Shown piece after piece: positions 19,609 through 28,847 of a stretch of 63,726 nt of DNA (position 1 is its first letter; every line of letters starts with the position of its first letter). Both the position numbers and the translations under genes were made by a program. Source of the DNA: Candidatus Kaiserbacteria bacterium (lineage in GTDB: Bacteria; Patescibacteriota; Minisyncoccia; Phycocordibacterales; UBA918). The stretch is taken from contig JAGQLY010000002.1 in the NCBI GenBank assembly GCA_020428905.1, positions 1 through 63,726 on the forward strand, written 5' to 3'. The notes below the pieces were generated by a model. The model searched no databases. It was not told the DNA's origin and saw only the letters and a program-made list of their open reading frames with translations.

Positions 19609-20229
19609 ATGCCTGCAAAAAACGCCACACAAGATTTTGTTCAAATACGAGATATCAAAGATGGTATCGCGATTTTGGACAGTGGCCAGCTCTGTGCAAT
19701 TTTACTTGCAACCTCGGTCAACTTCACCTTGAAATCTGTCGAGGAGCAGCAAGCAATTCTCGCGCAGTTCCAGGCCTTTCTCAATACACTCGACTTTTCC
19801 CTCCAAATATACGTGCAGTCACGCCGGCTCGATATCCGTCCCTACATAGAGATGCTCCGCACCAAAGAAGCGGACCAGTACAACGACCTCATGAAAATCC
19901 AGCTCCGTGAATATATGGAGTTTATCGAGACGTTTACAAATGAGGTCGATATCATGTCGAAAAACTTTTTCGTAGTTGTACCATATACACCCGGAGTAAC
20001 CGTCAGCGGTATCACCAAATTCTTAGGCGCAAACAAGACCAAGGCGGGCGCCTTCGACTCAAAAAAGTTTGCCGAGGACCGCAGCCAGTTGGAGCAGCGC
20101 ATCACGTTGGTCGAGGAAGGGCTTGCTCGTACCGGCATCCGCACAACCATGTTGGGGAACGATGAAGTAATTGAGCTCTTTTATCATATCTTTAACCCTG
20201 AGGACCTTTCCAAGGCACCGAAACAATAG
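19609..20229 (+). CDS. Hypothetical protein resembling a stand-alone VirB4 N-terminal domain
   Basis: 206 aa, 3 nt after the PrgI-like gene and 5 nt before virB4. Its block pattern (IKDGIAILDSGQLCAILLATSVNF ... LDFSLQIYVQSRRLD ... KNFFVVVPY) parallels residues about 40-170 of the next ORF. Confidence 0.6.
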   Translation: MPAKNATQDFVQIRDIKDGIAILDSGQLCAILLATSVNFTLKSVEEQQAILAQFQAFLNTLDFSLQIYVQSRRLDIRPYIEMLRTKEADQYNDLMKIQLREYMEFIETFTNEVDIMSKNFFVVVPYTPGVTVSGITKFLGANKTKAGAFDSKKFAEDRSQLEQRITLVEEGLARTGIRTTMLGNDEVIELFYHIFNPEDLSKAPKQ

Positions 20230-20234
20230 TACGT

Positions 20235-22040
20235 ATGGGACTTCTTGATTTACTCAAACGCAAAAAAGCTGCTGCCGAAAAACAATCCGAGCAGACAGCA
20301 GCCGACCAAGCGGGAATGTCGCTTCCTGACGTTATTGCTCCATCGGCAATCAATATCACCCCGCGCAGTATCAATGTAAGCGGGAAGCTTTCTCGTGTCC
20401 TCTTTGCAGTTTCGTATCCGCGCTATCTCAACGATGGCTGGCTGGAGCCCATCCTCAATATTGAAAAAGAAATCGACGTCTCGATTGTGGTACATCCCAT
20501 CGATACCAAAGACACGCTCAAAAAATTCCAAAAAAAGGTGGCTGAGGTGCAGAGCCAGATCAATATCAGGGACGAAAAGGGTATGGTGCGCGACCCTCAA
20601 CTTGATGCCGCCTACCGCAACCTCGAAGACTTGCGCGACAAGCTTCAGCAAGCGGAAGAGCGGCTCTTCAATGTGGGGCTGTATATCGCCATTTACGGTG
20701 ATACCGAGGCCGACATCAACAAAACCGAGGCGGAAATTAAAGGGGTGCTCGACGCACGACTCATTTACCTTAAGCCGGCAACCTTCCAACAAGAGCAGGG
20801 TTTTCAAAGTGTCCTCCCCATAAACACAGATGAGCTTTTGGTACACAGCAAGTTCAACTCGTCACCTCTCTCAAGCTTCTTTCCATTCACCTCCTTCGAC
20901 CTCACTTCAAACAACGGTATCCTCTACGGCATTAACCGACACAATTCTTCACTTATTCTTTTTGACCGCTTCTCCCTTCCCAACTATAACTCCGTAACCT
21001 TCGCAACCTCGGGTGCAGGCAAGTCATACATGGCGAAGCTCGAGATTCTGCGGTCGCTCATGTTTGGTACGGAGGTGATCGTCATTGACCCAGAACGGGA
21101 ATTCGAGTATCTCGCCGAGGCCACCGGTGGTCGCTTCTTCAACATTTCACTTTCTTCAAACCACCACATCAACCCATTTGACCTTCCTATGCCACAAGCA
21201 GACGAGGATCCGGCCGACCTACTCCGCTCACACATCACCGAGCTTGTGGGATTGTTTCGTCTTATGCTCAAAGGACTTACCCCGGAGGAAGACTCCATCG
21301 TCGACCAAGCACTCCGAGAAACATACGCCCTCAAGGACATCACCGGAGAAACCGACTACTCCGGCCTTGAGCCGCCACTCCTTTCTGACTTCGAAATGGT
21401 ACTCGCGGGTATGGAGGGAAGCGAGTCGTTGGTTCAGCGACTTACCAAATACACCAGCGGAACGTGGTCAGGATTTCTTAACGAGCCCTCCAATGTCGAT
21501 ATCAACCAACGCTTTGTAGTGTTCTCACTTCGCGACATGGAGGATGAGCTCAAGACTATCGCGATGTATATCGTCACCAAACACATCTGGAGTTCGATAC
21601 GCCGAGAACTCAAGCGGCGCCTCCTCGTTATTGACGAGGCGTGGGTCATGATGAAATACGAAGAAACCGGAAATTTCCTCCACGGACTCGCAAAACGCGG
21701 CCGTAAATACTACCTAGGAATTGCAACCATTACCCAGGATGTGGACGACTTCTTGCGCTCACCCTATGGCGTACCGATGATTACCAACTCCTCGATACAG
21801 ATTTTGATGAAACAATCGAAGACGTCCGTTGATACCCTACAAGAAGTTTTTGGTCTTACCAATGAAGAGAAGATGGTGTTGCTACAATCAGGGGTGGGGG
21901 AGGGGATCTTCTTCGCGGGCCTCAAACACGTTGCAGTCAAAGTCATCGCGTCCTATACCGAGGATCAGATTATCACTTCAGACCCCTCACAACTTCTTCA
22001 GATCAAACAAAACCGTGAGGCACTTAAGAGTGGTGGGTAG
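20235..22040 (+). CDS. virB4: VirB4/TrbE/TraC-type T4SS ATPase
   Basis: 601 aa. Walker A (FATSGAGKSYMAK), Walker B (RRLLVIDEAWVMM), and GRKYYLGIATITQDVDDF. Confidence 0.9.
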   Translation: MGLLDLLKRKKAAAEKQSEQTAADQAGMSLPDVIAPSAINITPRSINVSGKLSRVLFAVSYPRYLNDGWLEPILNIEKEIDVSIVVHPIDTKDTLKKFQKKVAEVQSQINIRDEKGMVRDPQLDAAYRNLEDLRDKLQQAEERLFNVGLYIAIYGDTEADINKTEAEIKGVLDARLIYLKPATFQQEQGFQSVLPINTDELLVHSKFNSSPLSSFFPFTSFDLTSNNGILYGINRHNSSLILFDRFSLPNYNSVTFATSGAGKSYMAKLEILRSLMFGTEVIVIDPEREFEYLAEATGGRFFNISLSSNHHINPFDLPMPQADEDPADLLRSHITELVGLFRLMLKGLTPEEDSIVDQALRETYALKDITGETDYSGLEPPLLSDFEMVLAGMEGSESLVQRLTKYTSGTWSGFLNEPSNVDINQRFVVFSLRDMEDELKTIAMYIVTKHIWSSIRRELKRRLLVIDEAWVMMKYEETGNFLHGLAKRGRKYYLGIATITQDVDDFLRSPYGVPMITNSSIQILMKQSKTSVDTLQEVFGLTNEEKMVLLQSGVGEGIFFAGLKHVAVKVIASYTEDQIITSDPSQLLQIKQNREALKSGG

Positions 22041-22045
22041 CATCT

Positions 22046-22816
22046 ATGACATACAATACCGCACAAAAAGCCAAACGTGATTCGAACCACTCTGGAGTTC
22101 GAAATACGCGCATGCACAGAACACAACCGGAACAGGAAGGGGGTATTTTTTCAGCATTTGCCGCAAATGATCCGGGATATATCGATGCGCCCCTAGAAAC
22201 AAATATCGAACGGGGTATTCGAAACACAAACATTCGTTTTGCTAAAGCAGCACAGGGCAGACTTTTACAAGAGCACCTCCAAAATACCCACAAGAGACTC
22301 CTGCAAGACCAGGCGGCTGAACAAATTACACAATACGCCGCATCAGAAGACATTGCCCGAACAGCAGAACAAATGGTGAGTGTCACCGCAAGGACGAGTG
22401 TGGCACGGCAGGCGACGGCAGTCCGCCAAAAGGAGAACAACAAAGCAGCAACACGAAGTCACCTGTCGGGGCCTGTGTTCTGGTTTATTGTTGCCTTAGC
22501 GGTGCTCAAAGACCTCCTTGACGTAATTTTTACTCTTACGATTCTGCTCTCTATATTTTCTTCTGTGTTCGCGGTTTTGGTCTCCCTCATCATACTTCTC
22601 TACCTTAGCTTCAGTGGGGTACCTTTGACCATACGTAAGGCGGTGTCCTTTTTTGTCACACTCCTGATTGAGTTCATACCTTTTATTTCATTTCTCCCGC
22701 TCGCAACGATCAACCTCTTTCTAATCCGTCACTTTGATAGGATGGAAAAGGGCCAAAAGAGTATAGTGCCTAAATTCATGCCACAACAACTCAGGGCGCC
22801 TATGCAACGACTATAA
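22046..22816 (+). CDS. Hypothetical membrane protein (T4SS-like operon)
   Basis: Hydrophilic, Gln/Arg-rich N-terminal half, then three or four TM helices (VFWFIVALAVL, LLSIFSSVFAVLVSLIILLYL, FFVTLLIEFIPFISFLPLATI). Confidence 0.6.
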   Translation: MTYNTAQKAKRDSNHSGVRNTRMHRTQPEQEGGIFSAFAANDPGYIDAPLETNIERGIRNTNIRFAKAAQGRLLQEHLQNTHKRLLQDQAAEQITQYAASEDIARTAEQMVSVTARTSVARQATAVRQKENNKAATRSHLSGPVFWFIVALAVLKDLLDVIFTLTILLSIFSSVFAVLVSLIILLYLSFSGVPLTIRKAVSFFVTLLIEFIPFISFLPLATINLFLIRHFDRMEKGQKSIVPKFMPQQLRAPMQRL

Positions 22817-22849
22817 CTTTTCGCTTAGAACCTATGCTAAGCTAATAGT

Positions 22850-23845
22850 ATGCGGGTTGTGACCTCATTACAGTTTGATATTTCGTTTTTTTGTGTCTTT
22901 TTGTTCCTATTTTTCTGCCTTACCCCCCCTGCAGACGCACAAACTATCAATCCCACCTCGTTTTCTAACACGAGCTTGAGTATTTCACCTTCCGCACCAG
23001 CACCCTACCAAGACGTGGCAGCAAAGCTGCAGCTCTTCGCACTCGACACCACAAACGCAACGATTGAGTGGTTTGTGGACGGAGTCAAACAACCAGAACA
23101 CACTAACGATCGCAGTCTGCCCCTCACAACAGGGCCGCTTGGCTCCTCGCAGGTCGTTACCGCCACCATTACACGACCGGACTCACTTTTTCCACAAGAA
23201 CTCACCACAACAGTCACCCCCTCAATTGTTGATCTCATTGTAGAAGGAGAGACACGTACTCCACACTTTTATACTGGGCGAGCGCTACCGAGTGCGGGCA
23301 GTACTGTGCGCGTGAGTGCCATACCCTTTGTGGGGGAAATAACGCATCCTGAAAACTACACCTACAAGTGGACATTGGGCACCACGGTACTTCTTGGCGG
23401 ACCGGCTCGCGGGAAAAATTCCGTCGAAATCGAGATGCCAAAATACTCAGCAACCAATCTCATCGTTGAGGTCTTCGACCAAAACAACACTCTGGTAGGG
23501 AAAAACAAAACCACACTCAAAGCCACAAACCCTGAGGTCCACTTCTATTCATACTCATTTCTTGGTGGCCCTCATTCAGTAGCGTTAGACGCAGGACTTA
23601 TGCTCACTTCGGATGAAACACCTGTTGTGGCCGAACCTTATTTCTTTTCAAACACCCTCGCTCGTACCAACACAACGATCGAGTGGAAAGTCAATGGGTC
23701 CCCGATAGCCCCCAACACGGAACACCCGCTTCGGGTTACCATCGCTCGTACCGGAGGTTCGGGGGAAAGTACGCTTAGTATACGAATTATCAACATGGAA
23801 ACATTACTTCAAAATGCCCAGTCGTTAGTTACGGTATCATTTTAA
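22850..23845 (+). CDS. Hypothetical secreted protein (T4SS-like operon)
   Basis: Signal peptide (FFCVFLFLFFCLTPPADA), then a beta-rich sequence. No family recognised. Confidence 0.6.
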   Translation: MRVVTSLQFDISFFCVFLFLFFCLTPPADAQTINPTSFSNTSLSISPSAPAPYQDVAAKLQLFALDTTNATIEWFVDGVKQPEHTNDRSLPLTTGPLGSSQVVTATITRPDSLFPQELTTTVTPSIVDLIVEGETRTPHFYTGRALPSAGSTVRVSAIPFVGEITHPENYTYKWTLGTTVLLGGPARGKNSVEIEMPKYSATNLIVEVFDQNNTLVGKNKTTLKATNPEVHFYSYSFLGGPHSVALDAGLMLTSDETPVVAEPYFFSNTLARTNTTIEWKVNGSPIAPNTEHPLRVTIARTGGSGESTLSIRIINMETLLQNAQSLVTVSF

Positions 23846-23852
23846 AGAACCT

Positions 23853-24563
23853 ATGACACAAAACACCTTAGTGAGAAGCGCTACACACACCCTCTGGTGT
23901 CTCTTCGTTGTGGGGGTCCTCCTATCCTTTGCAACCACCGCAGCAGCACAAGGATCGGGCGGATACGTACCCCTCGCAGGCATCCCCGGGGTGACCGACC
24001 AGCCGGATCTGGTTTCATATATAAACGCGCTCTATATGCTCACCATCAGTGTGGGTGGGCTCTATGGAGTTATTAAAATAGCAATCGCGGGGATTAAGTG
24101 GTCGGTGAGTGATGTGGTAACCGATAAATCAGATGCAAAAAAAGGCGTGTACGGGGCACTCCTCGGACTTGCAATCTTACTCTCTACGTATGTGGTACTT
24201 AACACTATCAACCCACAACTAACGAATTTGAATATTTTCGGTCGTGCGACAGAGATTCCACCACCCGCGCCGGTGGCAGGGGCCAATCTCCAACCTGGGC
24301 AGACATGCCTCAATCAGGCATGTACTGGTGTCACTAAGGACACCTCGAACTTTGACTTTGCCTCGGGACAACGCACAGAGTCCTTTAGTGCAGCGGACTT
24401 TGGTGCTGGTGGTACTGCACCAGCACGGACCGCCACATTTATAGAAAACTGCAAAAACTGGGATGGTTCTCGCGGCTCGATCAAAACCACAACAACCGGT
24501 GGTACCATAAGCTATACCTGTACATTCGAGGGATCCACCCCCAAAACCAAAACTGGTTCATGA
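23853..24563 (+). CDS. VirB2/TrbC-like T4SS pilin with a C-terminal 4-Cys extension
   Basis: Signal peptide ending AAAQG, then two hydrophobic helices separated by a short charged loop (LYMLTISVGGLYGVIKIAIAGI ... KKGVYGALLGLAILLSTYVVLNTI). About 100 extra residues follow, containing four Cys. Confidence 0.5.
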   Translation: MTQNTLVRSATHTLWCLFVVGVLLSFATTAAAQGSGGYVPLAGIPGVTDQPDLVSYINALYMLTISVGGLYGVIKIAIAGIKWSVSDVVTDKSDAKKGVYGALLGLAILLSTYVVLNTINPQLTNLNIFGRATEIPPPAPVAGANLQPGQTCLNQACTGVTKDTSNFDFASGQRTESFSAADFGAGGTAPARTATFIENCKNWDGSRGSIKTTTTGGTISYTCTFEGSTPKTKTGS

Positions 24564-25792
24564 AAAAAAAGATATTCATCAGCATTGCAATTGTTCTCCT
24601 CCTCGTCGCTGTCGCGTTGTGGGGATACCTTTTCTTCGTAAAGCCGCCGGCTGGGAACGGCGACCTCTCGGGGCTTCCTATCGGTGGTAGTTCGGGTGCG
24701 TCCTCGGAACAGGACGCCAATAGAGCCGGTGGGAATGAACAAAGCACCACAACTATTCTCCCCAAGCCGCTCCGCCAACTCACCACCCGCGCGGTTGCTG
24801 GAGCAACTTTTACCGAAAGTGGTGTCCGCTTCATGGAGCGGGGCACCGGACACATTTTCGATATTAACCTCCTTACTGGAGCTGAAACACAAGTGACTAA
24901 TACGACTCTCGCCGGTGTGGTGACCGCAGATTTTTCTCCGAGTACCAACCGAGTCCTCTTTGGTGTCCCGCAAGACGACACCGCCTCTTTCTCCGTTGGC
25001 ACCATTACTCGTGGAGACGACGGTGGAGGTACTGTGACCGGTTTTGGACTTCCTACAGGAGCACACGAGGTGGCCTTTACCCCGTCTGGGGAAGCAGTAT
25101 TTTATGTGCTTGATGGCGCAAACGGTGCGGTGGGATACCAGTACACCATAGCGAGCGAGGCAAGTGAGCAGCTCTTCTCGGTACCGATACGAGATATACG
25201 TGTTCTGTGGGGAAACGCTATCTACGTATATCCAGCACCAACTGCTGCACAACCGGGGTCTGTGTACCGAGCGCGAGGAGACACACTCGAATACGTGACC
25301 GGCAGTGCATACGGCCTTACTGCTACTGCATTTACTGGTGGGCTTGTGGTCTCATACACTGACAGTGCCTCACAGTGGGGTGTCGGTACATATATAAAAA
25401 TTGGTACAAGCACCCAACCACTTGGGATCCCACTTCTTGCTGACAAGTGTGCACAACAAGCTTTGGGAGATTCTGTGCTCTACTGTGCAGCAACACCCTC
25501 CCCCGAGAGGGGTACCTACCCGGACGACTGGTATAAAGGCCTCGTTTCCTTCGACGACGCCCTTTGGGAACTCGCACCCTCCGCGGGAAGTGCGCTCTTG
25601 TTGAGTAATTTTAAAGAAGAGAGTGGGCGACAAATCGATGCAACAAAACTAGTCACCGACAGAGCAGGAGAACGCATCTCCTTCATAAACAAAATCGATA
25701 CTACTTTGTGGATATTTGATACCACACTGGTAGTACAACCAACAACCGATACAGGGAACGCTGCAAGCTCGACAGAATCAGCAACAAACTAA
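24560..25792 (+). CDS. Hypothetical membrane-anchored extracytoplasmic protein; last gene of the T4SS-like operon
   Basis: The ATG overlaps the preceding stop. N-terminal TM helix (IFISIAIVLLLVAVALWGYLFF), followed by a Gly/Thr/Ser-rich, beta-like sequence. Confidence 0.6.
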   Translation: MKKKIFISIAIVLLLVAVALWGYLFFVKPPAGNGDLSGLPIGGSSGASSEQDANRAGGNEQSTTTILPKPLRQLTTRAVAGATFTESGVRFMERGTGHIFDINLLTGAETQVTNTTLAGVVTADFSPSTNRVLFGVPQDDTASFSVGTITRGDDGGGTVTGFGLPTGAHEVAFTPSGEAVFYVLDGANGAVGYQYTIASEASEQLFSVPIRDIRVLWGNAIYVYPAPTAAQPGSVYRARGDTLEYVTGSAYGLTATAFTGGLVVSYTDSASQWGVGTYIKIGTSTQPLGIPLLADKCAQQALGDSVLYCAATPSPERGTYPDDWYKGLVSFDDALWELAPSAGSALLLSNFKEESGRQIDATKLVTDRAGERISFINKIDTTLWIFDTTLVVQPTTDTGNAASSTESATN

Positions 25793-26538
25793 TTTCGTGT
25801 TGGGGTCTTAAGGCCTTTATGACGCACAAGGTATTCCTGTCCGATTGCCACAAGATTACTCACCGCAAAATAAAGTGCAATCGCTGCCGAAATACTATAC
25901 GCCACCATAAAGACAATCACCGGCATGACATAGCGCATCTGGAGGTTCATACTGCGGGCAAGGTCTTCTTTGAAGTTTTGCCCCGCATTTGGATCGCGCG
26001 GGGTGTGCTTGGGAAGCGTAAGGTTGGTGTGTATATACTGGGTAACTCCTGCAAGTAGTGCGAGTGGGATGCTGCGCGTAGTGATATCGAGGAGACCAAG
26101 AAAAAGGAGATTGATGGTCTCAGGAGAAGGGATGAACGAGTAGAGGAGGGCAACATTTACATCTGGGAGTGGTACGCCACCGCCACGATATACCGCAAGA
26201 TAGAGTGCTATCACAACGGGAATTTGTATAAAGAGAAGTAGGATGCTTGAAAAAGGATTCACCCCCGCATCTTTATACAAAGCAAGCATGTGTTGTGCCA
26301 TTTCCTCTCGTTTGTCTTTGTATTTTTCACGGATCTCTTTGAGCTTCGGTTCGATCATACGCATCGCAAGCTGAGTACGAGCCGCTTTAAATGAGAGGGG
26401 GAGTAGTACCAACTTCACCAACACCACCGTACACACAATCGCGAGTCCCACATCACCCCCGGGAAGTGCGTCAATAAAAAAAATAAGACTGTTGTAAATT
26501 GGATCAAAAAAAATGGTGTGCCAGAGTGAATTAAACAT
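25789..26538 (-). CDS. yidC: Membrane protein insertase YidC (short form)
   Basis: GLAIVCTVVLVKLVLLPLSFKAARTQLAMRMIEPKLKEIREKYKD...MLALYKDAGVNPF. Confidence 0.9.
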   Translation of the reverse strand: MFNSLWHTIFFDPIYNSLIFFIDALPGGDVGLAIVCTVVLVKLVLLPLSFKAARTQLAMRMIEPKLKEIREKYKDKREEMAQHMLALYKDAGVNPFSSILLLFIQIPVVIALYLAVYRGGGVPLPDVNVALLYSFIPSPETINLLFLGLLDITTRSIPLALLAGVTQYIHTNLTLPKHTPRDPNAGQNFKEDLARSMNLQMRYVMPVIVFMVAYSISAAIALYFAVSNLVAIGQEYLVRHKGLKTPTRN

Positions 26539-26550
26539 AATGGGATCATT

Positions 26551-26874
26551 TTACCGTGCCTTTGCGGCACTTCCAAGTAATTGTTGTACTTCGGATGCGA
26601 GTTCCAAAAAGGTGTGTGTCGCGCTCTGTGGTTTCGCTATAACGATATACACTCCACCTGTTGGTTGGAATGTTTGTATTAGGGAGTAGAGGCGTCTCCG
26701 CAGATGATTACGCATCACTGCCGATCGAGCAACTTTTTTTGATACCACAACCGCAACGCTGAGCCCAATCGCCTTTGTGTATACAAGTGTGAGTGAGGGT
26801 GAGTGAAGTCGCTTTCCTAAAGAAAAAAAGCGACTGAACTCTTTCGTACTCAATCGTTCTTTTTTCCGCACCAT
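26551..26874 (-). CDS. rnpA: RNase P protein component
   Basis: 107 aa, basic. VVVSKKVARSAVMRNHLRRRL. Lies between rpmH and yidC as in the canonical cluster. Confidence 0.85.
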   Translation of the reverse strand: MVRKKERLSTKEFSRFFSLGKRLHSPSLTLVYTKAIGLSVAVVVSKKVARSAVMRNHLRRRLYSLIQTFQPTGGVYIVIAKPQSATHTFLELASEVQQLLGSAAKAR

Positions 26875-26880
26875 AGTGTC

Positions 26881-27018
26881 TTATACACTCAACTTTGCAC
26901 GACCCTTTCGGCGACGAGCCTGTACCACACGAGCACCTGTCTTTGTTTTTGTGCGCGCAAGAAAACCGTGTGTGGTTGCTCGTTTCTTTTTCTTTGGTTG
27001 ATATGTTCGCTTTGGCAT
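26881..27018 (-). CDS. rpmH: 50S ribosomal protein L34
   Basis: [45 protein letters not shown]. The ORF track's 91-aa frame extends upstream of this Met. Confidence 0.95.
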   Translation of the reverse strand: MPKRTYQPKKKKRATTHGFLARTKTKTGARVVQARRRKGRAKLSV

Positions 27019-27132
27019 GATTTCTAGATATTCTAAGCTACCTTGAGCACAACTGTACACTAAATACCCATATTGATCAAATATTTGTTCGTTTGGTTGT
27101 AGGGTGCTCTTGACGTTTTTGTATATACACCG

Positions 27133-27214
27133 TTTTCCACAGACTATACACAACACTCTTGTGTAATCCGCTTATTTTTTGCCGTGCTGTGTGTGTTGTT
27201 TACAGTTTTCCACA
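27133..27214. promoter_or_regulatory. DnaA-box-like 9-mers in the rpmH-dnaA intergenic region
   Basis: TTTTCCACA occurs at 27133-27141 and 27206-27214, and CTATACACA at 27144-27152. Each differs from the TTATCCACA/TTATACACA box by one position. Confidence 0.55.
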
Positions 27215-27257
27215 GGTCGGTATAATTCTTGCTATTGTGCGTAATGATCTTCATTCT

Positions 27258-28637
27258 ATGAATCCAACATCACATTCACCCGCGAGTATTGTTCGAACCG
27301 AGCAGGTTGATGTGAAGCAGATGTGGGATGATGCGCTGGTACACATAGAACTCTCTATCACGCCAGCGAATTTTAAAACATGGTTTCGAGATACACACAT
27401 TGTTTCGCTTGAGGGAGGGACAGTGACTCTTGGAGTGCCGAGTGTATTTGTCCGTGATTGGATAGCTGATAAGTTTCAAGCGCTCATACTTAAAACACTT
27501 CGTGAACTTACTCCATATGCACGCAGTATTGAATATGCTGTCGTGCAGCGTAGTGACCGTAGGCAAGGGTCCTCAAAGAAGCAAACAGTGAACGCCGCCC
27601 TTCCTCTTGAGGAGTACTATATCAACAAGAGTGACAACCTTAACCCCAAATACACTTTTGAGACATTTGTAGTGGGTTCCTTCAATGAACTCGCGCACGC
27701 AGCTGCAAAGACGGTTGTGGAGAAACCAGGGATTGCGTATAACCCCCTCTTTATTTACGGAAAGACCGGCCACGGAAAGACGCACCTCATACAAGCAGTG
27801 GGAAATCAACTCAAACGAGTGGGTAAAAAGGTTTTCTACGTTACCAGTGAGCGTTTTGCGGTTGACTATATGAACTCACTGCAGAGTGGTACCGCAAATA
27901 ATTTCAAAGATCGTTATCGTCAATACGATGTGTTGATTATGGATGATGTGCAATTTTTGGCGAATAAAGAAAAAACTCAGGAAGAACTTTTTCACCTCTT
28001 TAACGCGATGCATGATACAAACAAACAGATTGTGTTCTCGAGTGATGTACACCCTGCGCTTATGTTGAATATGGAGGAGCGTCTTCGTTCCCGCTTTGCA
28101 CAAGGAATGATTGTTGATATTCCCGCGCCAGACTCGGAGTCTCGGGGTGCTATTTTGAAGGCAAAGGCCGCGCAAAACACCATCACCCTTAGTGATGACG
28201 TTGTTAACCACCTATCAAGCACTATTGAGGGTAATGTGCGTGAACTTGAGGGGGCACTCAACACTATTTTGTGTCAATCACAACTTCTTGGTCGCACCTT
28301 AAGTCTTGATGAGGTGCGTGTACTTATTAAAAATAGTACACGACCACGTAAATCGCTTGCAGTTGTAGATGTAGTTGAAAAAATATCACAATACTTCGAT
28401 ATTGAACCAACCAGTATCTACGAAAAAACGCGACGAAAAGAGGTGGTACGGCCACGCCAACTTATTATGTATATCCTCCGTGAGGATTTTCAGGTGTCAT
28501 ACCCCGCCATTGGGCAGAAACTCGGTGGCCGTGACCACACCACCGTCATTCACTCATGTGAAAAGATAAAGCGTGAACTTATTGACGATCGTGACCTTGA
28601 GGAGGAGATTGCTCAGATACGCTCACTACTTAAGTAG
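27258..28637 (+). CDS. dnaA: Chromosomal replication initiator DnaA
   Basis: NPLFIYGKTGHGKTHL, LIMDDVQFL, and a C-terminal VRPRQLIMYILRE...YPAIGQKLGGRDHTTVIHSCEKI. Start taken at MNPTSH. Confidence 0.95.
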   Translation: MNPTSHSPASIVRTEQVDVKQMWDDALVHIELSITPANFKTWFRDTHIVSLEGGTVTLGVPSVFVRDWIADKFQALILKTLRELTPYARSIEYAVVQRSDRRQGSSKKQTVNAALPLEEYYINKSDNLNPKYTFETFVVGSFNELAHAAAKTVVEKPGIAYNPLFIYGKTGHGKTHLIQAVGNQLKRVGKKVFYVTSERFAVDYMNSLQSGTANNFKDRYRQYDVLIMDDVQFLANKEKTQEELFHLFNAMHDTNKQIVFSSDVHPALMLNMEERLRSRFAQGMIVDIPAPDSESRGAILKAKAAQNTITLSDDVVNHLSSTIEGNVRELEGALNTILCQSQLLGRTLSLDEVRVLIKNSTRPRKSLAVVDVVEKISQYFDIEPTSIYEKTRRKEVVRPRQLIMYILREDFQVSYPAIGQKLGGRDHTTVIHSCEKIKRELIDDRDLEEEIAQIRSLLK

Positions 28638-28722
28638 TGGGGATAGGGTGTGAGTAGTGGTGGTTATTGAGTGGGGTTTGTTCTTAAGAAGCTGTGTGAG
28701 TAGAATGTGTGTAGACATAAGA

Positions 28723-28847
28723 CTATACACACCTCTACATACACCAACAGTTATCACCACACTTAAGCATTATTGTTACACAGGTGATTGTGTATAAAGA
28801 AACATAAAAATATATTGGTTTTAAGCCATATAAAACGTTTATACACA
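28723..28847. promoter_or_regulatory. DnaA boxes plus AT-rich stretch in the dnaA-dnaN spacer (oriC candidate)
   Basis: CTATACACA at 28723-28731, TGTGTATAA (inverted box) at 28789-28797, and TTATACACA at 28839-28847. They flank the AT-rich run AAAGAAACATAAAAATATATTGGTTTTAAG. Confidence 0.55.

Noticed and set aside
20250-20846. 198-aa minus-strand ORF inside virB4
   Set aside because: It is antisense to the VirB4 N-terminal region, which is supported by operon context and continuity with the ATPase core.
27159-27257. Upstream extensions of dnaA, and similarly of ruvB (36617-36766), yebC (35599-35718), pnp (1673-1735) and tyrS (32550-32597), as given by the ORF track
   Set aside because: The extensions run through promoter and DnaA-box regions and encode Cys/His/Arg-rich junk. 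Internal Met codons give N-termini matching the families.
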